Shown here: positions 48,687 through 59,018 of the stretch, piece after piece
How positions within the stretch are numbered: position 1 is the first letter of the stretch
Layout: every line of letters starts with the position of its first letter
Source of the DNA: a virus
Virus record (IMG/VR): IMGVR_UViG_3300028558_000018
Coordinates: 32,001 to 96,000 of that record
DNA length: 64,000 nt
Strand: one strand, 5' to 3'
The notes under the pieces: model-generated
The model's input: only the letters and a program-made list of their open reading frames with translations
Databases searched by the model: none
What the model was told of the DNA's origin: nothing
Position numbers and translations under genes: made by a program

Positions 48687-49844
48687 TTAGGTGTTGTTAA
48701 AGGAGAGTAACCCATTTTTGTTATATTGGGAAATTTTTTCTTCGAAAAGATGACGATTTTGAGTTATATAAGAGATATTTTTCTCTAAAGACTCTTGGGT
48801 TAGCATATATTTTTCGATAGATTCTTGTTCTTTGATATAATTTCTTGCGTTATCCCATTTACGATTTAATAGGAGGATTTTATCTTGGAGTTTGAGGACT
48901 TCTTGGGCGATGATTACGGCACGAGAACCGCCGATATGATAAGTAACCGCCGAACCTCTTTTCCCAGTTTCAGAAACAAAAATATTAGATAAGGCTTTCG
49001 AGCTATATGGGGCGATTAAATCACACATAAATTTAACCCACTCACAAATTTCTTTAGTCCCCGTAATATTTATATCTAAAAATTTTCCCATTTTAGACTT
49101 TGGAGATTTTAATAGGGATACACTTCCGTCCCCGTTAATCAATCCAGCAAGATATGCCAAGCATTGTTCATAGTTTTTTATATTTGGACATTTTAAAATT
49201 AGACTTTTATTAGGAATAATATTCCAATTTTTAGAGAGAGGTTCGATATATTCGGGACAGGATACTTGAAGAATAGAATATTTTGCTACTCTAGCCGGAT
49301 ATTGATATTCGGGATGAACTTTTACTTCTATTACCCGATCAACAACGGAAATTGGCCCAGAATATCCAATGCTATCGCGTATTTTACATAAAAAATCATG
49401 ATCTTTATTAGCTAATTTTATAGTTAGCCTATTTTTATAAACGTTCCCATCAGCAGCAATAAACCCCGCAATAGAGCAATTTTCCAAATTAGGCTCATCA
49501 AAATATTCTCGATTTTTGTTATATTCAATTTGTTTATATAGTCCCATTTTGTTTGCCTGAATAACAACTTGGCTACGGTGCCGCCCAGCTTTTAATAAAT
49601 GAATAAAATCTTCCACTTTATCAGCTTTTTGATATTTTTCTTTAATAATATCTAATTCCCATTGTTCATAAGGAATATTTTTCGCTATTGTGATACCTAA
49701 TTCAGCACGCTTCCTACTTAACTGTTCGATAGAATGCAAGGGAAAATGATCCTTTTGAATTTGGCTAATCTTTTTAGAATTACCAATTTGTTTAAGTAGT
49801 TCAATTTCGTTTTGGCTCCAATATATTTTGTGACCTGTTGGCAT
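48687..49844 (-). CDS. Free-standing double-motif LAGLIDADG homing endonuclease
   Basis: IAGFIAADG and LAGLINGDG; N-terminal W...E..LL repeats. Confidence 0.85.
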   Translation of the reverse strand: MPTGHKIYWSQNEIELLKQIGNSKKISQIQKDHFPLHSIEQLSRKRAELGITIAKNIPYEQWELDIIKEKYQKADKVEDFIHLLKAGRHRSQVVIQANKMGLYKQIEYNKNREYFDEPNLENCSIAGFIAADGNVYKNRLTIKLANKDHDFLCKIRDSIGYSGPISVVDRVIEVKVHPEYQYPARVAKYSILQVSCPEYIEPLSKNWNIIPNKSLILKCPNIKNYEQCLAYLAGLINGDGSVSLLKSPKSKMGKFLDINITGTKEICEWVKFMCDLIAPYSSKALSNIFVSETGKRGSAVTYHIGGSRAVIIAQEVLKLQDKILLLNRKWDNARNYIKEQESIEKYMLTQESLEKNISYITQNRHLFEEKISQYNKNGLLSFNNT

Positions 49845-49911
49845 AGCAATATACTATACGCGATTTGGAGACTCATGTGAACTATCGTGACTACTATTTT
49901 AAGAGAAAAAT

Positions 49912-49943
49912 AAAAAACCCCGAAGATTTCTCCTCGGGGTTTT
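49912..49943 (-). terminator. Intrinsic terminator after MCP
   Basis: CCCCGA/TCGGGG stem plus T6. Confidence 0.8.
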
Positions 49944-49965
49944 GATTTACTTACCTAAGTTGTTC

Positions 49966-51087
49966 TTAGATAATCAGACCTGTAAGCTCTCTAGCGTCAC
50001 TACAGACAAAACCTTCATTAACAGAGGCATAGAAGCCGATTTTCTTCTGACGTTCCGCGAAGGAATTATCGGGAGTAACAACAACTTCGGAGTTGGTGTC
50101 GCTATCGGTAGCAACGGGACGGAACAGACCTTCAATGTTAGCGTTAAAAGCAATGCTAATTTGCTCGGTAGCAGGATTGAAGGCGGTCGTGCCCGCGCCA
50201 GTAGCATCAGGGAACGCGGTAGAACCAGCAAGCGCGCCGAACAGAGTGTTGTATTTGTAACCAACACCAAGCTCTTGCATCTGCATGATGTTCACTCCGT
50301 AGAAGCTAGGAACGCCAGCGGATTTGTAAACCTCTTGACGAAGGGCGTCATGAGCAGGGATATTCGTAACGGTGCCGATGGTGTTCATGGGCTGGAAGGC
50401 GAAACCACGCAGCTTGCGGACAATCTCAGGAGAAACCGCGAGGTCCGTAACGCTATCAGCAGACCAAGTAGGAGTGCCGCCAGCGAATGAACTCAGAATA
50501 CGGGAGCTAAGATTGAACAGAGCAAGGAAGTCATCAAGAACAATCGTGCCAGCGGTGCCAGAACGAATAACGTGTTTCTTAGCGACACCGTTGACAGGGG
50601 TTGAAGCCTGAGCAAGAGCGGCAAGAAGAACAGTCGCGGCGTTGAATTCTTTCTTAACGAGGAATTCCTGAGCCATTTTGTTCAACGAACGAGCGACAAT
50701 ATCAATACGACCCTGAGCGGCGAATTTCTTGAGGAAAGCAACCGCGCTGTAGAGGTCATAAGTGGTGAATTTCAACTCTTGGAAACCATGCACTTCGTTA
50801 GTAGGCAGACCGCCGGGGGTTGACTGTGACCAAACGCGGACATAATCAGTATCGCGAATGTCATAGAAAAGGTCAAGCGGGATGGAGGGCATACCATACT
50901 CGGGGAAAGGCAGCGGGTTGAACATGTTAGAAACAACCGGAGCCTGATTAATCACCTGTTGGATGATCGGGCCGACTGAAGCGGCGAAAGCCTGTTGAGC
51001 TTGACCCGCTTTGATCGGGTCTTTAGAAGCCATTGCTTTGATAAGCTCGATTTGCTCAACATTATTTTCTAGAACGATTTTATTCAT
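49966..51087 (-). CDS. Major capsid protein
   Basis: 373 aa, strongest codon bias in window, follows protease and decoration genes, strong terminator; HK97-like secondary-structure pattern. Confidence 0.8.
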   Translation of the reverse strand: MNKIVLENNVEQIELIKAMASKDPIKAGQAQQAFAASVGPIIQQVINQAPVVSNMFNPLPFPEYGMPSIPLDLFYDIRDTDYVRVWSQSTPGGLPTNEVHGFQELKFTTYDLYSAVAFLKKFAAQGRIDIVARSLNKMAQEFLVKKEFNAATVLLAALAQASTPVNGVAKKHVIRSGTAGTIVLDDFLALFNLSSRILSSFAGGTPTWSADSVTDLAVSPEIVRKLRGFAFQPMNTIGTVTNIPAHDALRQEVYKSAGVPSFYGVNIMQMQELGVGYKYNTLFGALAGSTAFPDATGAGTTAFNPATEQISIAFNANIEGLFRPVATDSDTNSEVVVTPDNSFAERQKKIGFYASVNEGFVCSDARELTGLII

Positions 51088-51129
51088 AATAATTATTTTT
51101 TAAAGGTTTTGTTAATAGTAAAAATCGTA

Positions 51130-51723
51130 TTAGAGTTCCAGTTTGAAGAAAGCGGAACCGCCAAGTTTGGAACCTGAGCTAGAGATAAACTTACCAACGA
51201 TTTGATTCGTGGCGTAACCAGTAGCAGCACCAGTGACTTGCGTAGGAGCGAGGGCGCGGATAATACCGTTGCCACCGTTATCAATTACGCCGACATAACC
51301 GGGGAGAGGAATGCCAACGTAAGCAGCGGAGGCGAGTTGGAGAATACCGCGAGTAAGGACCGGAACGGTTTGGCCGGAAACGATACAATTAAGTTTCTCA
51401 ATAAGCTGCGGGTGGAAAATCAGCTTTTCGCCGTTTTCGTCATACTCGCGAGTGTCCTTAAGAGTAATACCGAGAGCGGCATACTTGGTGTCGCCAGAGG
51501 CGGAAGGGGTAACGCGGGCAGTAGTGGCATAACGAACGCTATAAACATTCGGGTAAGTATTGCCGGGGGCGATATTGGTGTAACCGTCGCCAGAATCAGG
51601 CGCGAAGTTAACAATAGAAACAAGTTCGCCAGCTTGACCAGTATTAGAGTGGGCAAAAAGGGAGACTACATCGGTTTCGTTATATGAACGATAAGGAAAC
51701 AGTTTGTTGATAATAGTAGGCAT
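51130..51723 (-). CDS. Capsid decoration/cement protein
   Basis: Between scaffold and MCP; LGITL, GQTVPVLTRG, VGKF beta-tulip-like motifs; high-expression codons. Confidence 0.65.
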   Translation of the reverse strand: MPTIINKLFPYRSYNETDVVSLFAHSNTGQAGELVSIVNFAPDSGDGYTNIAPGNTYPNVYSVRYATTARVTPSASGDTKYAALGITLKDTREYDENGEKLIFHPQLIEKLNCIVSGQTVPVLTRGILQLASAAYVGIPLPGYVGVIDNGGNGIIRALAPTQVTGAATGYATNQIVGKFISSSGSKLGGSAFFKLEL

Positions 51724-51772
51724 AGGAGGTAAGCTTTAGCTTATTTTGATTTTTGTTTTGTTAAGGTTAAAA

Positions 51773-53353
51773 TTATTTACGATTCGGCGCAGCGATTTTG
51801 ATTCCCTTTGTGAAGGTTTCAGTCATACTAGCGAGAACGTTCTTATTAACGGAAAGTCCGTTGGTGAGAGTGATATTTTCGAGAGTTGCACTTGCAAGTG
51901 CCTCTTCAGCAATTTGTTCGGGAGTTTTGCCATTCAGTTTTTCGGCAGAAGCAAGAGCAGAAGCGTGTTCTTTAAGGAACTCTTCTTTCATTTTTTTCTT
52001 GGCTTCGTCTTTGTAAGCTTTGGATTTCTCCTTACACATAACAGCAAACTCTTTCTTAAATGAAGCGTAAGATTCATCATCGGCTTTAATCTCTTTGATT
52101 TTTGAGGCCAAAACTTGGCGGTCATCGTCATCAAGATCATACTCAGAATCAATATCAGCCATACGCTCGTTATAAACTTCGGCCTTTACTTTATTGAGTT
52201 TTTCGTTTTCGATATCTTGTAACTTAGCTTGAGTTTCGTTAAGTTGTTTTTGGACAGCTTGAACTTGCTCAAGGGCGGCTTTTGACTCGGTTTGGACTTT
52301 AGCAAGGGCTTCGTCTTTTTCAACCAGTTGCTTGCGCCATTGTTCGTCAGCGGCGCGAATACCACTTTTGAAAAGTTCGTCAATCTCGTTTTTAGCGGCA
52401 GTAGCTTCTAAAAGTTTGAAAGAGTCCCAATTAGCGGCGATATCTTCAATTTTAAGGATGGTAGGCATAATTTTATCTATTTTAGTATTTACAATTGTTT
52501 TTTGAGAATGTGAAATGAGAATTGCATTATTTTTCGCTGGTAATGAATTATTTAAACTTGCTTTAGCGGCGGCGTCATCAATAATTAATGTATTATTCTC
52601 TACTTTTTTATCTAAAATAACCGCCACGCCTTCTACATCAGCGGCGGGATTTGTTACAAAAGAATAACCACCAATAATAACATCATCCCCAGTGATAACT
52701 CTATAAATTGGCTCGCCATCAACGAATCCGGGGCCACCTTTACATTTTAAAAAGGGTAAATATTTGACCTTTTCTTTTGGGTCGGAAATTATTCTAGCGT
52801 TATTGATAATCTTAGAGCCAATCGCAATATCGAAGTCTTTAAAAAATATTTCCCAAGATAATGAAATTCTACCAAATGTTGGATGCGTAACGTCCGAGGC
52901 ATTGATTAGAACTTGAATTAGCTCTTTTTTAATTGCCTTCCAAACAACTCCGATAAGAGAAAGATTAAAAGTATCTAATTTACCCGCCTCTTCGGGAGTA
53001 ATTAACTCATTGCTACCATAAGCAGATAAGCCGGGGTAAAGTAATGTTCCTATGACAATTTCCTTTTTATGGTCAACATTGATATATTTATTTTTAGTAA
53101 ATGGATAAAGTTCTAGAGCTTTTTCGACGGTGATTGAATCGCCATTAGAATTCGACATACCCGCAACTGCACCATTGGCCGCAAAATATAATAAATCTGG
53201 ATTCTCATCGGGGTCAACGCCTTCTGGAAGCAATGCTTTTAAATCGCTCAAAGAAGCTTTCGCTACCATTTCCTCTTTATCCGTAGGAGTGATAACATTT
53301 GCAAAACATTGGAACCTAGCGGAAAAAGGATATAAAGACGTGTCCAGAGGCAT
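51773..53353 (-). CDS. Prohead protease-scaffold fusion
   Basis: NSNGD, INVDH, SLSWE, VTNPAAD protease motifs; C-terminal coiled coil; promoter at 53362-53388. Confidence 0.75.
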   Translation of the reverse strand: MPLDTSLYPFSARFQCFANVITPTDKEEMVAKASLSDLKALLPEGVDPDENPDLLYFAANGAVAGMSNSNGDSITVEKALELYPFTKNKYINVDHKKEIVIGTLLYPGLSAYGSNELITPEEAGKLDTFNLSLIGVVWKAIKKELIQVLINASDVTHPTFGRISLSWEIFFKDFDIAIGSKIINNARIISDPKEKVKYLPFLKCKGGPGFVDGEPIYRVITGDDVIIGGYSFVTNPAADVEGVAVILDKKVENNTLIIDDAAAKASLNNSLPAKNNAILISHSQKTIVNTKIDKIMPTILKIEDIAANWDSFKLLEATAAKNEIDELFKSGIRAADEQWRKQLVEKDEALAKVQTESKAALEQVQAVQKQLNETQAKLQDIENEKLNKVKAEVYNERMADIDSEYDLDDDDRQVLASKIKEIKADDESYASFKKEFAVMCKEKSKAYKDEAKKKMKEEFLKEHASALASAEKLNGKTPEQIAEEALASATLENITLTNGLSVNKNVLASMTETFTKGIKIAAPNRK

Positions 53354-53388
53354 AATTAATTATTACCCGAAATTATCTTAATTGGGAA

Positions 53389-55347
53389 TTACTCTTTGAT
53401 TAAACCCTTAGAGTGGAGCATAATCGCCGCATTGTAAGAATCTAAATCAAATTCCTTCGCGATTAATTGAGCCGCGCTAATTACGGATTCGCTCTCGACA
53501 GGCTTTTCGTCATTAATAAACGAAGCGAGAGAAGTTTCCCATTGAGAAATTTCGTTCCCGCTCACAACTTGTTTAGTGATATTAAAAGCTACTTCTTTTT
53601 GCTCTTTATTTAATTTTTTAACGCTATATTTAGTCTTGAGTAATTTTTCCGCTGTAGCAGTTAAATTGCTAGATAATACATAGGTATCTTGAATAGCTTT
53701 TTGAGAATAAATATCACTAGCCTTGCCACTTTTGCTTTTCCCGCTCCCAATAGGTTTAATATTTTTAGTCGTCTGCGGAGCCTTACTTCCATCAGGACGA
53801 CCATCATCTTTTTGACCTCCAATTAACGGCGCGTGTAATCCCTTGTCTTTCAAGTCTTTAAATTTCTCTTGGGATGATTCAACCGTATCAGGATCAGGGA
53901 GCAATCCAGTTTCCAATGTATCAAAAGTTTGCTCTGCGGTAAGTAACCCTAATTGGGCTAATTGAGTGATAACTTTAGCATACTGGATTTCATCTTTAAG
54001 GTCAATTTTTTCAAAAATAGGAATCGGGCAAGATTTAAACCCCATAGCTTCGGCAATATTGCGCATTTCAACCATTAAAAAGTTTCTAAGAAAAGCGTCT
54101 TGCCCCTCTTTAAGCCTTTCGATAAAGACTTTTGTTTTAATAAATTGATTAGCAAATTTTTCACTACCCATCAAAATATTCTGTAAGCCATCTTGGATAT
54201 CCTGATTGACAACCTCATATTTATCTTTACCTAAAATTTCGTGAATATCAGGGGTAATAAATTCTGCTTTAGTTGTATAATCAGAAACAATTACGCGCCC
54301 CGCCGCACGATTTGCGAACAATTCTTGTAATGCTTTGATATTCTGATAGTTAATACCACCCTTTTCTTTTTCCGCGCCCATTGTCACTAATAGAATAACG
54401 TTCTCAATAGTGCGAGTTAACGCCATGTCCATTTTCTTTAATTGCAATTTGTGTTCTATATCGTTCAACACGGGGAATCCCATTGGAACGGCAAAAGGCT
54501 CATAGCTTTGTTTTTTATAAAACACATAAGAAAGTTTTTGCGGGTCGATACTTACATAAATTTCTTTCCACGCCGCGCCAACTGATGCGCGAATATATGA
54601 TTTGGTTTCCTTGTCAAGGGAATCAAATACTGCTTTTTCTTCGCTGGTAACGGGTTGGCGTAAGCGTTCGATTTCAAAGCGCGATAACATTCTTAAATAT
54701 CTACCCGCGTAGCCAATACCACCTTCGATAGCAATGGATGCCGGATTAATGATAATATAACGAAGGGGAATTTTTTCCCTAGAAGCCCCCGCCGCCTGAA
54801 GTTTAATATAGTCGTTTTTGGAAAATTTACCATCAATTTTATAAAGAAAAACATTACCGCTACGATAATATTCACGGAAAAACTCTTCTTTAAGTTGACC
54901 TAAGTTAATCTTTTCATACCACTTATAAAAGAAACTGCGCGAGGCTTCGCTTCCACCGCGCAAATGAATTTTGGCAGTCGAAAACTCTGTCATTACGTCA
55001 ATTGTATTTTTAAACACCGCGACATTGGCATAAGCTTTTTGGCAAAGAGTAATGCACTCGGTAATATTTAAATAGGCATTAGTATTCGCATAAGGAAGCA
55101 CGCCGCCATCTAAATTCGGAAATGCGTTATGAAAAATAGATTGGTCTACGAGAGAACTTTGCTGACGATATGTGCTACTATTGGACGCCTCCCCATACAT
55201 ATAAGAATCGCCGCCGTTGATTTCGTAATCAATTTTATCAGTTACATTAACGACTGGGACGGAAGGATTTCCACCAATAGCTTCTACCTGAGACTGCGCA
55301 GAACGTTGTTGCCAATAAGCGGATTTTTTATTATAAGAGCGGGCCAT
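53389..55347 (-). CDS. Portal protein
   Basis: Between TerL and protease; AY..V..FKNTID.M, EYYRSGNVF, NP..I; promoter at 55389-55415. Confidence 0.8.
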   Translation of the reverse strand: MARSYNKKSAYWQQRSAQSQVEAIGGNPSVPVVNVTDKIDYEINGGDSYMYGEASNSSTYRQQSSLVDQSIFHNAFPNLDGGVLPYANTNAYLNITECITLCQKAYANVAVFKNTIDVMTEFSTAKIHLRGGSEASRSFFYKWYEKINLGQLKEEFFREYYRSGNVFLYKIDGKFSKNDYIKLQAAGASREKIPLRYIIINPASIAIEGGIGYAGRYLRMLSRFEIERLRQPVTSEEKAVFDSLDKETKSYIRASVGAAWKEIYVSIDPQKLSYVFYKKQSYEPFAVPMGFPVLNDIEHKLQLKKMDMALTRTIENVILLVTMGAEKEKGGINYQNIKALQELFANRAAGRVIVSDYTTKAEFITPDIHEILGKDKYEVVNQDIQDGLQNILMGSEKFANQFIKTKVFIERLKEGQDAFLRNFLMVEMRNIAEAMGFKSCPIPIFEKIDLKDEIQYAKVITQLAQLGLLTAEQTFDTLETGLLPDPDTVESSQEKFKDLKDKGLHAPLIGGQKDDGRPDGSKAPQTTKNIKPIGSGKSKSGKASDIYSQKAIQDTYVLSSNLTATAEKLLKTKYSVKKLNKEQKEVAFNITKQVVSGNEISQWETSLASFINDEKPVESESVISAAQLIAKEFDLDSYNAAIMLHSKGLIKE

Positions 55348-55429
55348 AAATGTTAAATTGTGACTTCAAAGTGACTTTACAGAGGAGAAATACCCAACAA
55401 ATTGTGCTTTGTGAAATGCTACTTTTACT

Positions 55430-57298
55430 TTAAACCGCAAAGGGCGTGAATGTAGAAGGAACATCTTCGATTTTAATATCTTGGGATGCGAGGTAGTTCT
55501 TTAGACACCAATTGGCGAGCATGAGAGAGCTAAATGAGTCCTTCCTAGCGCGAGTTGGGGACTTTGAGCGGCGCAAACTTTGGGGAAGGTCAAACGATAA
55601 AATACCGCCAGCGGAAGTGGAAACCTCAATTAGCGCACATTCTTTCTTTGTCAAATCAATAAGAAAATCTTGATTAGATATAAAAGAATCAGCCTGTTCG
55701 TCTTTAAATTCTTTATGTTCTTTTAATATTTCTGGATAATCACCCCTCATAGAGTCAACTACACCGTCAACTGCACATGCTTTCCCCGCAAAAAGAATAC
55801 TAGAATGGTCTAGACAAGATTGTAAATACTCGCAAGACGATCTTTGGAAAGAACTATTAAAGTTTTGCTTTTGAACAATTCTGCCTCCAGTTTTGTTATA
55901 AGAAACCCTAATTTGCCCCGCAACCTCGCTTTGACTGTCTTTGCCGAAATCAGCCTCTATCCCATGAAGCTCTAAATTGGCATTTTTAAATAATTTAGAC
56001 TCATTTGCCGAAGTTGTAAATTCGTTGTTACCCTGCGTAGAGTCTACTCCAATATAAACGATATTAAAATGTGTTAATAAATAGTATAAATACAAAATAT
56101 GGTCTTTTAAGTCACCACCTGCCACAGCATAAGAGTGGACGAGCATACCTATACGCTTACCATCTTTGCGTTCAATGATTTTTAATAAACTCATCGCGAA
56201 ATGGTCACTATGTTCCGCACTTGAAAACGAAGGGTCGATACCCAGAACGTATTCAGCGGTTTTTTCTCCTATAATTTCTATTGTGGGGCGTTGACCGTCT
56301 TTGATAGTGCAAATATCCATTTTTTTTGCACTAAAATAGCCCGCGCTATCACTAACAAATTTTGCGCCATATTCGCGGTCAATAATTGCTTGGGAAAGAT
56401 TCCCACCCTCTACGTCTTTAATTACGCCTTTATCAAGCAAGTCTTCTGGCACGGCCTTATAACTAATTTGAGTGACGCAATAGGAAGCTATTTTAATATC
56501 AGATTCAGTATCTTTATCAATTCTTTCTAGATACTTTTGATATATTTTATATAAATCTTCCCATTGATATGATGCGGAACTCAATAAAATCATTTTTGAA
56601 GCAGATGCGAATACTTCGCGGTCTTCTTCTTTTAACATACCTCTCTTTATCAATTTTTCCTCTAATTCGCGTAATTTTAGTTTTTGTTTAATGTCACCGG
56701 ACGCCACAAGGAAAGGCTTCAAAATAGTTTCAATAATAGCTTCTGAGATAAGAACCGCCTCATCAATAATCAAAACCTGACAGCGCAAACCACGTAAGCC
56801 ATCACCGCCAGAAAGAGGCACAGCGGTCAATGTTGATCCATTATTAAATTCATATTTAAAAATATCGTTACGACGAGATAGCCCGCCTTTAGTGCATTGT
56901 TTAATTAAATAACCTTCTTTACTTTCGATAATTTTTTCAAGATTTTCCAAGATACGTCTACTCGATCTAAAGTTCTGGCTTACAATGAGAACCGCAACTT
57001 TTGGGTTGAATAAACAGTATAAAACCGAGAACCATCCTACGATTGAACTTTTGCCGCCGCCGCGTGACCATATAGCCATGTTATAGTTATGATGGAACCA
57101 ACTACGAAGTAAAATAGCTTGACGAGGGTGGAGTTTAATGCCAAATAAAATCTCAACTGTAAATTGAAGATTATAAGTAAGAAACTTGCCGAGCAGTATT
57201 CGCGCTTGTTCGTCCTCAAGAGTCCCCTTTAAATCAAGAATTTCTTGATTAAAATCACTAAAATTCTTTTCTTGCCATTTTGGTTCAATCCATGCCAT
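55430..57298 (-). CDS. terL: Terminase large subunit
   Basis: Walker A SRGGGKS, LRG.R, Walker B LIIDEA, LSSA, REY.A.F, nuclease LGIDPS, RKD. Confidence 0.92.
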   Translation of the reverse strand: MAWIEPKWQEKNFSDFNQEILDLKGTLEDEQARILLGKFLTYNLQFTVEILFGIKLHPRQAILLRSWFHHNYNMAIWSRGGGKSSIVGWFSVLYCLFNPKVAVLIVSQNFRSSRRILENLEKIIESKEGYLIKQCTKGGLSRRNDIFKYEFNNGSTLTAVPLSGGDGLRGLRCQVLIIDEAVLISEAIIETILKPFLVASGDIKQKLKLRELEEKLIKRGMLKEEDREVFASASKMILLSSASYQWEDLYKIYQKYLERIDKDTESDIKIASYCVTQISYKAVPEDLLDKGVIKDVEGGNLSQAIIDREYGAKFVSDSAGYFSAKKMDICTIKDGQRPTIEIIGEKTAEYVLGIDPSFSSAEHSDHFAMSLLKIIERKDGKRIGMLVHSYAVAGGDLKDHILYLYYLLTHFNIVYIGVDSTQGNNEFTTSANESKLFKNANLELHGIEADFGKDSQSEVAGQIRVSYNKTGGRIVQKQNFNSSFQRSSCEYLQSCLDHSSILFAGKACAVDGVVDSMRGDYPEILKEHKEFKDEQADSFISNQDFLIDLTKKECALIEVSTSAGGILSFDLPQSLRRSKSPTRARKDSFSSLMLANWCLKNYLASQDIKIEDVPSTFTPFAV

Positions 57299-58100
57299 TT
57301 TTATCCTTTTTGTTTTCTGGTTTCCAGTCTAGTTTATTCCACTTAGCCCTGTTATCTTTTCTCCAAAGCGGTTGTAAATTAGTATAATGAAAACATTTTT
57401 CCCAAGATTCCGGTTTAGAAAAATCAAAAGAATCAATAGGTAAAATATGGTCCAAATTCCACCCGTCCGGTTTATTATTCCAGTTCTCCCAATTCATTCC
57501 GTCCCGCCACCGAGAAGATATATGATCCCTAAAAAATTCGATAGTGCATCCTAATAGTTCTAAAGTTTTCTTAATTTTATATCCTTTTTTAGCAGCGCGA
57601 ACGGTTTCCGATCTAAGAGAATGTATTAATCTATACAGAGGATCGTTTTTTCTTTTTTCTCGCAGTCTATTTCTAGCCTGTTCGTTAAATTTTTCTCTAT
57701 TTTTTAAAATATATGCCTTTCTGCGCTCTTTATTCTTTTTCTGATATTCTTTTGCGTATTCTTTTCTTTTATCCGTCCGTTGATATTTTAGATAATAATC
57801 CTTCAGTTTCTCCGAATTATCTTCTCGCCATTTATCGTGATACGCCTTCATCTTATCCTTGTTTTTGATCTGATATTCGGCATTTTTCTTATTTATCTCC
57901 CTTTTATTGTTAATATAATATCTTTCTCGCGAGGCTTTTACTTTTTCTTTGTTTTCTTCTCCGTATTTTTTAACTCTAATTTTAACACATGCCTTGCATT
58001 TGTTTTGGCGAGTGTAATATTCGCAAATAGGTTTCTTTACTTTGCATTCGGGGCATATTTTTTCTGGCGTTTCGGGTATATTATTCATAATAATTTGCAA
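57285..58100 (-). CDS. Free-standing HNH-type homing endonuclease
   Basis: CPEC..CKAC, K/E/Y coiled repeats, LLGCT, GMNWEN, WNLDHILP, CFHYTNLQPLW..DN..K. Confidence 0.8.
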   Translation of the reverse strand: MQIIMNNIPETPEKICPECKVKKPICEYYTRQNKCKACVKIRVKKYGEENKEKVKASRERYYINNKREINKKNAEYQIKNKDKMKAYHDKWREDNSEKLKDYYLKYQRTDKRKEYAKEYQKKNKERRKAYILKNREKFNEQARNRLREKRKNDPLYRLIHSLRSETVRAAKKGYKIKKTLELLGCTIEFFRDHISSRWRDGMNWENWNNKPDGWNLDHILPIDSFDFSKPESWEKCFHYTNLQPLWRKDNRAKWNKLDWKPENKKDKNGMD

Positions 58101-59017
58101 TCTAGATTATATTGAAGATCAAAGTTTTTAACAAATTTACCCATTTGAAAAATCTTCAAAACAATTTCTTCAGCGCGTTCTTTATCTATAAATAAAAATT
58201 GAACATTATTAAACTCTTTGATTATCTCTCTCACATTTCCAAAAACATAATCAGGAGAGACTTTCGCATACCGCGTCTCAAATTGATAATCAAAACCCAA
58301 AGCTTTAGAAAATGGCTTCAGAACAAGCACAACCATATAGTGCCCCGCCTCTTTGCATCGTTCAAATTCACGGCGCAATCTTTGGTAGTCTTTTCCAAAA
58401 GAAGTTACGAAGTCTGAAATTGATTTCTTTTCAATAAATATACCACTATTATATGGTTCGTTTATTGAATAATCACCATATTTTAAAGTTTTTAATTCCG
58501 ATTTTACTTTATTAAATTTGATAATTTGCTGTTCCCTTGTATCAAAATTTACAACAGCTTTATCCAAATTATTATATTCAAATTGCAATTCTTTCGTATA
58601 ATCAAATTGAGCTTTTAATCCCATGTCTTCACAAATTTTGTTATAATCCCCAAATTCTTGAAAAAATTTAATAGTCGGGCATGGCAAAGATTTTAGTTCC
58701 ACCTGATGAAAAGCCTTCCTAACACCCTTTCTCGCGACCCTTTCTTTTAAATAATTTATACCAAATTCCAAGCCTTTCGCCGGATCATTTAGACAATACT
58801 TTTTCATATTGTTTTTGTGGACGAAACAAGTTGAAAAATATTGATTATAATTCTTAAATTCAATTTTCGCCCCCGTTAATAAATCATGGCGCGGATAATA
58901 ATATAGATAATACGCGGCTTGGGTAATTTTTAATTTCCTCAAATGAGAGTTTAGTTCATTTAAATTATTATGAATTGAATTATCTCGTAAACAAACAAAA
59001 TCTTTTGGTGCATTCAT
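58085..59017 (-). CDS. ERCC4/XPF-Mus81-type nuclease domain protein
   Basis: DTREQ, LKYGDY, IEKKS..DF (ERKx3D-type); likely start MNAPK at 59017. Confidence 0.75.
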   Translation of the reverse strand: MNAPKDFVCLRDNSIHNNLNELNSHLRKLKITQAAYYLYYYPRHDLLTGAKIEFKNYNQYFSTCFVHKNNMKKYCLNDPAKGLEFGINYLKERVARKGVRKAFHQVELKSLPCPTIKFFQEFGDYNKICEDMGLKAQFDYTKELQFEYNNLDKAVVNFDTREQQIIKFNKVKSELKTLKYGDYSINEPYNSGIFIEKKSISDFVTSFGKDYQRLRREFERCKEAGHYMVVLVLKPFSKALGFDYQFETRYAKVSPDYVFGNVREIIKEFNNVQFLFIDKERAEEIVLKIFQMGKFVKNFDLQYNLDCKLL

Positions 59018-59018
59018 A

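Noticed and set aside
49942-52383. Long antisense/alternative-frame ORFs over capsid genes
   Set aside because: Shadow ORFs caused by strong codon bias
48687-58100. Introns or inteins around the endonucleases
   Set aside because: MCP, terL and nrdJ appear intact and there is no flanking room for intron cores
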